A stretch of DNA of 64,000 bases. Origin: Lingula anatina. Its lineage: Eukaryota; Animalia; Brachiopoda. The position numbers were made by a program, and so were the translations under genes. The notes beneath the pieces were generated by a model, which saw only the letters and a list, made by a program, of their open reading frames with translations, searched no databases and was not told where the DNA came from. The DNA lies in the NCBI GenBank assembly GCA_051362555.1, contig CM120641.1:30758401-30822400 (forward strand), read 5' to 3'. Positions 52,744 through 64,000 of this stretch are shown piece by piece (position 1 is the stretch's first letter; every line of letters starts with the position of its first letter).

Positions 52744-55700
52744 TATGTGTGAAATGAGTCAATTGTATACAAAATAACCTGTGAACAATAACGTCGAGTA
52801 TACCAATTCCCCAATTTCATAATAGTATGCATGTCGTCATGTTGTTTAATACAGTGGTCGGAATAATTTTGTTTCCGTTGTACACCGGTGTAACAACGTT
52901 CGAAATGTTTTAATCCCTATCTTGTGAATAGAAGGGGGCGGACAAACAATGGAGGGCCGTATAAATCCCTTCAAAATTCGAACGCACAAACACAATAGCT
53001 TAGGTGGAATAACACAATACTTAATACGAGTGAACCCCATGACGCCGGTTTCTGTGGCCCAGCGCGAGCGTGCCAATCCGCTGTAACTAGGTGTAATTAA
53101 CAGCAGGATACATCAGACAGAAGGTCCCTATTGTTTGTTGCGGCGATAGGATTATAGCTTAAAGAGGCTAAACCCATGCTAAGGCGTGCCACGCGCAGCT
53201 GGTTTTTAGTGTTGCTAACAAACTGCTAGTTAAATTTGTTATCAGTTATTTCATCCTATATGAAATTTCCGCAGTCAAAAATTGAACTAATTATTGTTTG
53301 TTTGGTTGAAATGCATGAGCGTCAGCATCAATCTGTCTCAAAAAAATTCCTATTGCATTAATTTATAAATGTATAATTTATTTATGTACTTACGTTTTAA
53401 TTTGAAATATCTGCATTCAAGCGTTCAAGTATTTATAAAACATGAATGATAATGAAAGAGGAATAAGGAAATAACATATTACTTATATTATGCTTATATT
53501 ATAATATTGAAATTAAATGAGGTGCATTGACAGGCGCAATGACAATCCAACTGCAACGTGCAACAGGGGGAAGTCTGGCTGTATGATCATACAATATACG
53601 AAAGTACGGTCAATTAAAAGTGTAAATCATCAGTTAAAGAGGAGGGGGTCTTACTATAGCTCGCTATCTATTGTTAAACCCGACTGTTATTATCTCTCGA
53701 ACAAGCTTAAAGCATGCCTATACAATTACTGTGTCTCCGGCTGCCGTTCAGAAACACCATGTCGAACATAATTTGCTACAGTGAGAAACATGGTGCACTA
53801 GCGACTTGTTTTAGATCACTCAAGAAAGGATGCATACGTGCGACACCAGAGAAAAAACTGATCCATTAATAGTAATTGCACAGTGCATGTTACTAGACCT
53901 TTGTCCTAACTCAGTAGTTAGGAATAGGATGTTTGGATAAAAAGCTTCTATTCAACTCGCTTAGACCTAGGGCGTGATGCTATCATCCGATGAAACACGT
54001 AACTGAACCCTCTACCTGAACCTGAAGTCCCTTTAGCTGAAACAAAAACTGCCCCTTGAACATGTCCATTTTTTAATCGTCAAATGATTTGTGATTTCAT
54101 TGAACGTCTTTGATCGTAAGCTTTCAAGTGACAATAACCGAACCGTGTGTTGATTATTTATTAAAGCGTAATTAAGTGTATTCAACATCTATATGATCTA
54201 TTTTGTAAACGATACTTGCCAAGATTGAGCTTGGATTGATCACCGTCACTTTTTAGCTACTCGCCTATAATGCGTGCTGAACGACAGACAACTTAAAAAT
54301 ATTATCTGTGTAACTGTGCAAATGAACGCATTTAGTTAAAATATAACGAAGCCGACATTTAATCCATCGAACATATTTATATTTGTTCTTTTAAAACCAG
54401 TGTAAGGTTAACGCCAAATCAAAGCAAGCCTTGCAGACTGGTTTTGTTTAAACTGCCGTGCATCAAGTAAAGCTAAGTAAAGCCTGTTTCTACTTCGCAG
54501 TGTTCATCCCAGCCATAAAACTGCATGAAGGATAATAAGACTCCGTAGACCTGTGCTTCAGGTTTCCAGGAGTCCCAGGTAACACAATAATATCGAAGGC
54601 CTGAGAGTAATACATATATGAGGCCGTGTATGAAAGATTTAACAAATTAGAAATTCAAGAATTTAAACATGCTAGGTAAATACACATCACTTAATAAGTC
54701 ATTTCACAAATATCGCATCTAATTGTTTAGATTAACCTTTACTTTTATCGATCTCATCCCATTGTCTCAACCACCTAAAAGAAATAAAGAGAACATGAGG
54801 AAAAAGTAACACGTTTACATGCAGGCGAAGGAGTTATACTTCAATATTAATCGCGAACAATATCAACAGCGACTAAAGACCGTTGCCTGTCTTTCACACT
54901 TTTACACAAACACACGAAGGTTTAATAAAGGGAGTCGCGGCGCGATATCTATCTCTTTCATTCGAACAAGCAAAGGGCTGACCCGAAGTAAGCTTTCTAT
55001 ACTAATGTCCTTTTTATTGTATATTGTAATTACTCTACTTGCTCGCCTCCATTGTCTTGTAAAAGTGACAAAGAATGTGTTGTATTCACACACGAGTTGA
55101 AAGAACTTTGCATAACTCCTTTGCCTTGTTGCATAATGTCTTTCTCAAGGTTATAATCAGTGTGAAGAGGGTGTCTTGCCTCATTTAAAAAGGGTGTTGT
55201 TCTTCATACTGGTTGTTGCTTAACTTATGCTAATCTTAAACTTTTATGTACCAATATGGTTTTAATAAATCGCCAAAATTATGAATTTAATGAACATTGT
55301 GTATCAAACGTTTTGATACGATTTAAATAAATGGACGAGGAGGATTACGGTATTAGGTTCTATTTACCTCTGGCTTTAACTTCGCCCTGCTATATAAATG
55401 AACAAATGTTGCAGATCGTAACAAAAAACTTTCTTATAGTGTTTTATGACATATATGATTAACACATTTGATAGTGAAACACTCCTCGACTTTAACGAAT
55501 CACCTGACGTAAACTGTCTACCCGCGCTCCCCGAAAAAACTGTTTCTTTTAATTTTGAAATGAATTGCTTTTAAGGCAAAGAAGTCCATTAAACCCTTTA
55601 GTCTCAATATCATTGTACAGCATGTTGTAATCGATATTTAAAAAAGTTAATTTTTGTACTCCGCTTTCATCGAGGATACCTCAAGTTGAGGTTACAATTA

Positions 55701-57215
55701 CGTCGCTCGCCTATGCTACTGGAATATATATTTAAGGACAAATTAAGCTTTGTAAAGTCCCTATTGTCACACACCATAGATACTTTATTTTGTCTTGAAT
55801 GAAAAAATAGCCTCAAATTATCGTTTTGTGCTTAAACCTTCCATTACTTGAACCAAGATCTGTACTATAGCTACCAAGACGTACATGAATCAAGTTGGGT
55901 CTGCTGGGGGAGGGGAGCATTTAAATGATAAACGAGGAAGTCTACCTGCAAAAGCAGCAGCAGTGGTTTAAATAATCGCTATCTAGACTCCTTTTTCTTT
56001 GACAGCAACATAAAAAGTGTTTAGGGAGAAAGTCACACAAAGACCCGACGTTGTTTTGTCTTCAGCATTTCCTCTTCCTTGTTATCTGCAATTACTATCG
56101 TCAATTAATGAAATCGAGAAAGCAATTAAGTGACGGCACATTGAATATACTCACTATAGGTGCATTTCGCTGAGTGTTTACAAGATCTAGCGACACATTT
56201 TATCGCCACGCTTTCTAGTTTGATTAGTTTAGAAAATTAAACAGTTACTCTGGCGGCTCTCCGTCATTGCTATGAATCAGACATCGAATCTAGTCCAAAA
56301 TGTTAGTAAATTCAGAATTATTAGCTAAAACGTAAATTGCCCTAATTTGTCAGATAATCAAAAATGCCGGTGATCCACGCGGAGGGTACGCTTTCCTGAA
56401 GGTAGCGGCTACGAACGGCGACGATATTTTTCTGAATAGTGAACCTTTATTAGTTACGAAACGCCCCCTTTTCAACAGGTGCGTTTTATTAATTACTTCA
56501 TGTCACAAAGTTAATTTATACAGGCAAAACTTTATTCAAGGAAATAGTTTCACGAAATGAACGAGAGTAAAATATAAGTCGGCACAAATATAAGGCATAC
56601 AACAATGAGTCATGTTATGGATCATGTTATGGGCCATGTCGGATTATAATGGCATACCTTTATGCAAAACAGTCTATCGTTTCTTCCACCGCGAGTCCCT
56701 TTATTTAATATAATGTATTACTCATTACCCGTTTCATTTGACACTCTCTCTTTTTATCTCCCTTCCCCTTTCTCTTGTTAGAAGGAGGGTAAATACTTAA
56801 GCACTCAAAATCTGCACTATCAATCTTCAGAAAAACATAAGTCAACGAACCAGTGGGCTGATCCACAACATCCGACACAGCAGAATGAATCAAATAACGG
56901 CTAGCACAAATTAATATGCAGTTAGCTATAGTGCCACTACATACATACACGGTAATCAGCTGCACGCGCGAAGCTGTTGACCAAAAGGATAGTTCGCTAC
57001 GGGGTACCGTTTGTTTACATAAGTACTCTAAGGGGGCGTGGCTACCCAGGCGACCAGGGGATTAGGCTAGTTACTATATGCCGTCAACAATCGTTAAGCG
57101 ACCCTATCATTATACACTCTCTCTATTGTATTTTCCACCGCATTAATCGCAGTGTAATCTTCAAATGGTCCACGGGGTAAATGTACACATTCTTAATCCT
57201 AGTACGGCATTTCAG

Positions 57216-57755
57216 TTCACAGTCAAGACGTGTGGCTGCAGTGCTCAGGTTTCTCTGGTTATCGTGGGATTGCCAACGAAACAGCCAAGTACTGGTCTGG
57301 CATAGAGCTGGTGACAAACTCCTCCGTGAAAGGAATAAGTGATCTCCAATATGTCGACATCGAATTCGCTGGTCTTCCTAACATCGGGACACATTCAAAT
57401 GATACAGCAGCCATATCTGTTAGCGGAATCCCACCTGTGCTTGATAACCTGAACATCACAAATGTCATCGGTAATGGTGTTCTACTCAGAGATATAACTA
57501 GACATGCGGCGATCAACAATAGTAAAATTGAGGACAGCATGGGCAACGGCGTTTCCTTCAGAAGCTATGGTGGTAAACTGGCACTGGACAATGTCCAGAT
57601 TGCTAATGCCCATAAAGCAGGTGTATATTACAACAGAACATTCCTGCTGCCTTCCTATAAGATGTGTCAACTGTCGGAAACAACGGTTCCTGATGAACAT
57701 AGTCAGCTTTGACAGTACAGACCTTCATCTGGGGTCAAGGTCTTCCTGTTCTCAG
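57216..57755 (+). CDS. bark-like exon 3 (SRCR end, beta-helix); frameshift ~57700
   Basis: catttcag acceptor gives in-phase HNC|FHSQDVWLQC; WSGIEL...LQYVDIEFAG...; cag|gtaggc donor. Confidence 0.85.
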
Positions 57756-58006
57756 GTAGGCCACTCGATACTTATTAGACCTTTACACTGATTTGTCATA
57801 TTTAAGAATTGGCTTGTTCAACGCGTAGCCTATATTGTAAAAAGAACGTTACACAAAAGTTTCTGGCCATACATCTTTACATTTTGAGTAAATAATCATT
57901 CAGCTCAAGCGTTGAATTATTTAAGTACACGGGTAGGTTATAGAGTTACGCAAGCGACGTTGTTTCATAAAACATGTGTTTTAATTTGCTGTGTTCCATC
58001 ATATAG

Positions 58007-58320
58007 GTGTTTCGAAGTCAAAAACCAGGATATATTTTGGCGGTGCGCGTACTATATATAAGGACACGTTGGTATACATATAACAACATACTGGATATAT
58101 TTGACGGAAACAGTTCGTCCTCAAGGCGGTTGGAGAGAGTGAATATGTACGGTGCCGAGGTGAACATGCCGTCTCCTCTCTACACAAGTGGCAACTTAAT
58201 ATATCGGCTGTAATGATATTATGTAATCATATTCATGGACATTATTTGTCTACATAAGGTGTGGTCATTTTGAAGATGACGTAAAAGCACCGGTTTTTGG
58301 CGTTAAAGTGCTGTTGGTGG
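58007..58320 (+). CDS. bark-like exon 4 (CUB-like); stop at 58211 and frame break
   Basis: catatag acceptor; VFRSQKPGYILAVRVL...LDIFDG...TSGN. It resumes as HFEDDVKAPVFGVKVLLV before the g|gttcgt donor. The 3' boundary is uncertain. Confidence 0.6.
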
Positions 58321-58492
58321 GTTCGTTATGTCCAATATTAATTACCTTGGCTAGGAACACAAAAATCCATGTAGACTGATACACACTAAGAAGACGAATT
58401 AATGATTAAGGATCGCAAATAAGGCGAAATAATGACATATTTAGGGGATATAATCTATGATGTGATCATCAAGTTATATTAGTAATTTTCAG

Positions 58493-60495
58493 ACGACCTG
58501 CCACCAAACAAACCAAGTTTATCATTGGACAATGTTATAATCAGCGGATCCTCCACAGCAGTATATGGCCAATACCAGGGTTACACCAATGGAATACGGA
58601 CTGACTGGAGACATCCAGACTACCCTGATGTGGGACAAGTCGGCGTTGATATAAAAGACTCCGTCATAGTAGGAAACTACAGATTGATGAACGCTTGGTT
58701 ATACAAAGTATCGAATGTTCCAATGGTGAATGAACTGTTACCATTATTCGCCATCTCAATCAAAAATACAACCTTATATTCCAATGACACCGGATTTATA
58801 TTTATAATGACCGTGGAAATCGAGAACAGTTAACTATTGATGGATGTAAGATCAGAAATACCAGGAACACATTGTTACAGTACAGTGTCAGGGATGACAA
58901 CCCCAAAGATGTGGACATCCAGTTCTTGAATAACGAAATCACTGATAACAGACATCAGGTACTTGACATCAGTGGTGGTGCTCTACATATGACAGTATCG
59001 GGGAATAACATCATAGACAATGAGTACAGCTATGGGTCAATAAGCTTATACCGGGGATATGAAAAGACAATACTATTTGTGAACAATGATATAGCCGGTA
59101 ACCATTACAGACATATCGTTGTCATGAATATGGAGAAAACAACCTATGATCTAAGTAAAACACCAAACATTGGACTGGTAGGGAATGTCATTGCTAACAA
59201 CACTTATTCATCCGGCAACAGTGAACGTCGGCCATCACAGCCCCCAATGTCAGCTGCACTCGTTTTAGATGGTTATGGAAATGTCTGCATTCAAAACACG
59301 CTTCAAAACCCTGGCCTAGAGACAGAGGTGTATGTCAAGACTCGCGCTTCAAAATGGACAGACACCATTGAAGCCAGGTACAACACGTGGGGATGTGAAA
59401 ATACCCATTGCGTGAGAAAACGTACTTATGACGCACACAATGACATGTATCTGCCGGAAGTGCGAGTACTTCCATTTGTGTCAAGATCGAACGAGATGGT
59501 GTACACTCCTGACGTCACAGAGGGACTTCCACAAGGAAACGTCCTTGGCGGGTGGCTGAACAAGTCCATCACATTAGAAGCAGCAGGTTCTCCATTCTAT
59601 CTAAAAGAAGATTGGACTATTTTACCTGGTGTTGAAGTTTTCATTGAACCTGGTGTTTGGATTAAGCCAGCAAGGGACAAAGGGATCCTCGTTCTGGGAC
59701 AGATAGTTGCCAGGGGAGAAAAGGGAAAAAGGGTTGCCTTTGGCTGTCAATACCAAACAGCTTATTGTTCTTATTGGCATGGATTGGTGTTTGCATCAGA
59801 TGACGTCAGTACTAGCCCTTCGGAATTGCTCTTTGTAGACGTTTTTAATGCAGGATACAAAGGGAACACGTACGGCACAGCTGTGCAGTCTTTCAGCCCC
59901 AGTATAATCATGCAGAACTCACGAGTGATCCAGTCCAGGTTGACGGTATTGAACTAATTGGACCAGTAGTGAAATCAAACATCATTAAACGAAACGAGTT
60001 CCTTAACAACAGAGGTGTTGGGATAAATGCTGTTGTGGCTTACCCAAGAAGTAAACCATTCAATACCAGGGTCAAACGAGAATCTGTGGGATGGCCTAGT
60101 GACGTTTATGGGGTCGATAATATTTGCGAAAAAACTTCCAAAATGCTCATTGTTAAGGACAGAACTGTGGTTTATTATTCTCACGGAAAACAGCATGGGT
60201 GATATTATTTTAATTGCACGCGTGCAATACGTTCTGAACTTGGACGGAATATCACAATCCAGTTTTTTACAGTTTAATCTGCAACGTTTTCAACTGGAAA
60301 TATTCGAAGGATCGTCTCCTCTTCTCTCAAGGCGACTTCTTTATGCTGACCAGACAAACGATTCACTTCCTTCAGATGTTCCAATAAACAGTTCCAGTGT
60401 AACCATCCGGTTATATAGCAGGGCCTGGAACTGGGACACACATGGTTTGCAAAGCTTGGTCTTTGGTATCAAGATCTCCAGCGACACATCCACAG
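58493..60495 (+). CDS. bark-like exon 5 (PbH1 repeats, second module, CUB-like); 3 frameshifts and 1 nonsense codon
   Basis: aattttcag acceptor; ORFs 58525, 58872, 59969 and 60027 join into one continuous protein; cag|gtgtgt donor. Confidence 0.85.
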
Positions 60496-60683
60496 GTGTG
60501 TTAATGTACATCTTAAAGACATACTAGTAGCATGTCATTGTGGTACTTGGCATTCATACAAAGACTTTATCGATTGGTAAGCGTTCTTAAGGAAACATTT
60601 TTTAATTTACAGTATGTTAAAATACAAGTACACGTGTATATTTTACATGTTTCATAACCCATACTATTTGGTTTGCCTTTCAG

Positions 60684-61240
60684 GGTCTATCGGCAACTTT
60701 GTCATCGAGGAAAACACTTTCTTTAACAATGGTCTGGGTGGAGTGAACATAACTACATTTGGACAGAGTAATTGGGATATAAACATCAATAAAAACATAT
60801 TCCACAGAAATGGACTTTCGACTTCCAACCGAGCTGAACATTCCAAAGCAGCTTTTCGGCTTAATATCGCTAACACCAATGCTACATTGGCAAACAATTA
60901 CATGGAAGGGATCCATGGCGGCAGCCACGCCACGACTCACAGCGTATTCCAAAACAATAAGTTGAACATTTGGAGCAACCAGATTCTCTATACAACTCAG
61001 ATAGAGAACATACTGGTTGCAGAAATAGAGGACGGCCCTCACACACAGCAGTGCAGTATAGATGGGAATGTGATACAGCACGGACAGGGAGATAGGTACA
61101 GTGATGTCCTCCACTTGGAGGGTGTGTCTGGAACCGTCACAAACAACTACATCTACAACAACACAGGTCTACATGTGATGTGGTGGACAACACCAGCCAA
61201 TAGGAACACGAGTGAAGTCACCACTGACAACATCATACAT
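60684..61240 (+). CDS. bark-like exon 6 (beta-helix repeats); 3' end uncertain
   Basis: gcctttcag acceptor in phase; FVIEENTFFNNGLGGVNI...VTNNYIYNNTG. Confidence 0.8.
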
Positions 61241-64000
61241 GTACTTCTGGCGTGCCGAGGCTGAGCTTCTCAGGTACTGTCCACGCACTTTCTTATTGCC
61301 CACTAATTACACTCACCAATTACTTGATTTCTTCCCTACGGTCTAGCTACGGCCCAGCCAGACGAGAGGAACCTAGAAAACCGTACGTCCTGAAAATCAT
61401 GCGTGGAGTTGGGACCCAGGCTTAAGCTCATATTAGCGACAAGACACGGCACAAGCATGTACTGTAGAGGTAATTGCCGTTGCCCGTAGCCACTTACGAT
61501 GTCATAAAAATCCCACAGAAAATGTGTACGAGTTCATTGTACGACGTCCGTAGCAAATGTCATTTAGACTTTAGCGATCCAAATGAGATGAAGAAGCAAT
61601 TTTCACATCGTCAGCGGAATATCGGTAGCGATCCGAGCGAGACGAGAAGGTTATTTTCATATTTGTTTTAGGGACTTCGTCAGCAGAAGATCGTCAGCGG
61701 GAGATAGTTACTGATCCGAGCAAAAAGAAAAGGCAATTTGAATATTTGTTCGAGGGCCTCATTAGTGGAAGATCGTCAGCGGGAGACCCGGTGGTTAGGA
61801 TGCGTTCATTCGCAACTGAGTGAAATATGCTAATGTCTAGCCCTGAAAGAGCAAAATTTATTCACATGGTTGATATGGTAACAACTGACTACTGAATGTT
61901 TATTTTGCATTAAAACGTGCTCTAGCAGTTCAGACTCCCACCAAAAAGATATTGTCAAAATAAGTTCGTAATTGATTTTTAAAATATTTTTAATACTATT
62001 TTTTAAATATTTTTATTTATACCACCCTCCTTTGAAAATTATTCTTACTTTTTTTCATTTCATTCCTTTTATTTTTGAGTGTCAAACAAGCTGATAATGA
62101 TAGGTAAGGATCATGGCTAATTAAAAATCCAAATGAACAGAAAAATCGAAGGCATAAAAATTTTTTAATTAGACTAATTATACAAGTAATAGACTGATTA
62201 TACTGCTATACTTCATCCTCTGCTGTATGCGTTGGCGGCCATTTTGATTTTACAATGACAGAAACATGCTAGTATGCAGTCATTTATCCTACTGTGTTTT
62301 TATGACGGGAAATGTGTTCACAATAGTCACAAATAAATTATATCTGTCAACTCTTGGTTGTTTTTCTATTTTCTCTAAAAATTGACGGCCATATTGAAAA
62401 TGCTCAAAGTCTCGGAAGTAGAAACCAAGCCAACTCAACGTTTCTAGCCCTCAAGGATGCATTTCTGTAATGAATGTTTACAGGAAAGATCATTGCAGGG
62501 TTCGACTATTTGGCATATGCGAGTGAGTGGGTATTTGTCATTTTGTATTTTGCATTATCATCCAGTGACGCCATCATGACGTCATCATTGCTGTAATAGA
62601 TGTTTACAGTTAGTGTACGTTTCTCAAATTTATTCATGTTATCATAATTAACGCCGGTAGTGCTCGTTTACGTGAATTCTAGATGTACACAAAATGCTGA
62701 GTCAGCATATTTTAAGAAAGCTGCTCATCCGGGTACTTGTGAATTTTGGAGTTGCCCCCAAATCCAAAATTGACAAACACCCAATGGTCATTCATCGTGG
62801 AAAGTTTCATGCTTTTATCAACTTTTGCACAATTGTTTTGGCTTAGCCGCCTAACTAAGAAAGGGGTCGGTCAGCAAAGGTGTCTCACATTTGTTTGGTG
62901 ATTTTTACATCAATGATATCTCGTCATTGTGAATGATACAAGCCATCTCGGCTTATTTGTAACACGTTTGATCACAAGTGTCTCGCTTGTGTCAAATACG
63001 ACGTGTGTCCTAAATAACCGTCTAGTCTAATCTCTTGTATCGTGTTTAGGAGTACAACTCCAAAGCAAACAGGGATACGAGCTGGAGGAATGAATTGAGC
63101 GTGTTAATGGATCAGAAGTCAAAGGTCGAAATGTACGCATTGACCTACTTAGGTGTTTACTATATATAGGCTACTCACGCTGCACAGGTGTGTTGAGCTC
63201 GCAAGCAATGCGTTGTGAACTCTAAATGAGTTTGTTAGACAAGTTTTGGTAATCTTTAAGCTAAATCATATCAGAAAGAGTATGTTCTCTGAGAAATTTG
63301 ATTTATTAGTTTCCCAAATACTGAATTTACGGCGCCCCTCCTAATATACGCTCTTTGTTTACAGGTCTAACCTGAACTTGTACAGCATTAAAAGAAACTT
63401 TAAAAGATTAAGTAAAAGCTTATACATAAGATTGTTCTTAGTTAATACTTTAGAGGGGGACTAAAATTAGAGTTGATCTGAAAAACGTTCAAGCATAAAC
63501 GTAAGTTTTGTTTCAACAACAATTATAAGTAAAAAATAAGATAAGAAATATCTCAAGCAACTTATGTAAGAATTCTTACTAGTCATAACAATTGATAGGA
63601 CTTATTTTCAAATCTGCTGTTAATCTATAAACTTTTTTTTCCAAAATATTTTTTCCACGGACACTAAAATTTCTGTCCATGTACAATGTAAGTCGATTAA
63701 TTTTTATATCATGGAGATTTTTTATGTTTTGATCATTTTACATTTATTTTGAAACCGATGTCAAAATTAAACATTTGAAAGTAAAATACAGTTTTTATAT
63801 TTTACAAAACACATGTAAGCCAATTATATTAAATTCATTTATTCTTCATTTTGAAATTGCTGACAAGAAACTATATTTTGACATGTTGTTAAGATCAGCC
63901 CCTTCACATTTATCATCAGCTGGAAATCGCTTCATCGTTTGTGCATCTCGTTTAGCCAATAACTTTTTCCGTGTGGTTTTCTTTTTAACTTTGCGTGCCT

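Larger units (their letters stand above)
46492..61240 (+). pseudogene. bark: Bark beetle/anakonda-like SRCR + CUB-like + PbH1 beta-helix membrane-protein gene, multiply disrupted
   Basis: Six exons join in phase where intact. Signal peptide; the PFHVNNSITVPQGVTLNVEPGV module recurs as PFYLKEDWTILPGVEVFIEPGV; the SRCR domain spans exons 1-3; N-rich beta-helix repeats. At least 8 lesions. The family assignment comes from recalled domain architecture, not a search. Confidence 0.75.

Noticed and set aside
60200-60202. In-frame TGA as selenocysteine or readthrough
   Set aside because: It is surrounded by frameshifts and no SECIS is evident; a nonsense mutation is the simpler explanation.
61260-64000. 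Further bark-like exons (C-type lectin/TM)
   Set aside because: No recognisable coding frame by eye; the region looks like repeat fragments. Exons could lie beyond the window.

Overview
AT-rich eukaryotic (metazoan) DNA with spliceosomal GT-AG introns; the repeat types suggest a marine invertebrate such as a mollusc, which is an inference. I see no prokaryotic operons, CRISPR arrays, rRNA or tRNA genes. The only host gene is a multi-exon bark beetle/anakonda-like gene (signal peptide, SRCR, CUB-like segments, PbH1 beta-helix repeats) at 46492-~61240 (+). It carries at least 8 disabling lesions, so it reads as an unprocessed pseudogene unless the assembly is poorly polished. The rest is transposon-derived: three Helentron-type non-autonomous (HINE-like) families, two carrying 160-bp or 145-bp tandem arrays; two full-length but decayed Tc1/mariner elements plus remnants; a 1.6-kb Tc1-derived palindrome; Kolobok-like TTAA MITEs; a decayed Mutator-like/Kolobok-related transposase with candidate spliced exons upstream; L2/CR1 LINE fragments; several MITEs; and a 2.9-kb hairpin-monomer minisatellite with higher-order structure. 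I found no clearly novel functional system. The most interesting signals are the repeat architectures and the decayed gene.
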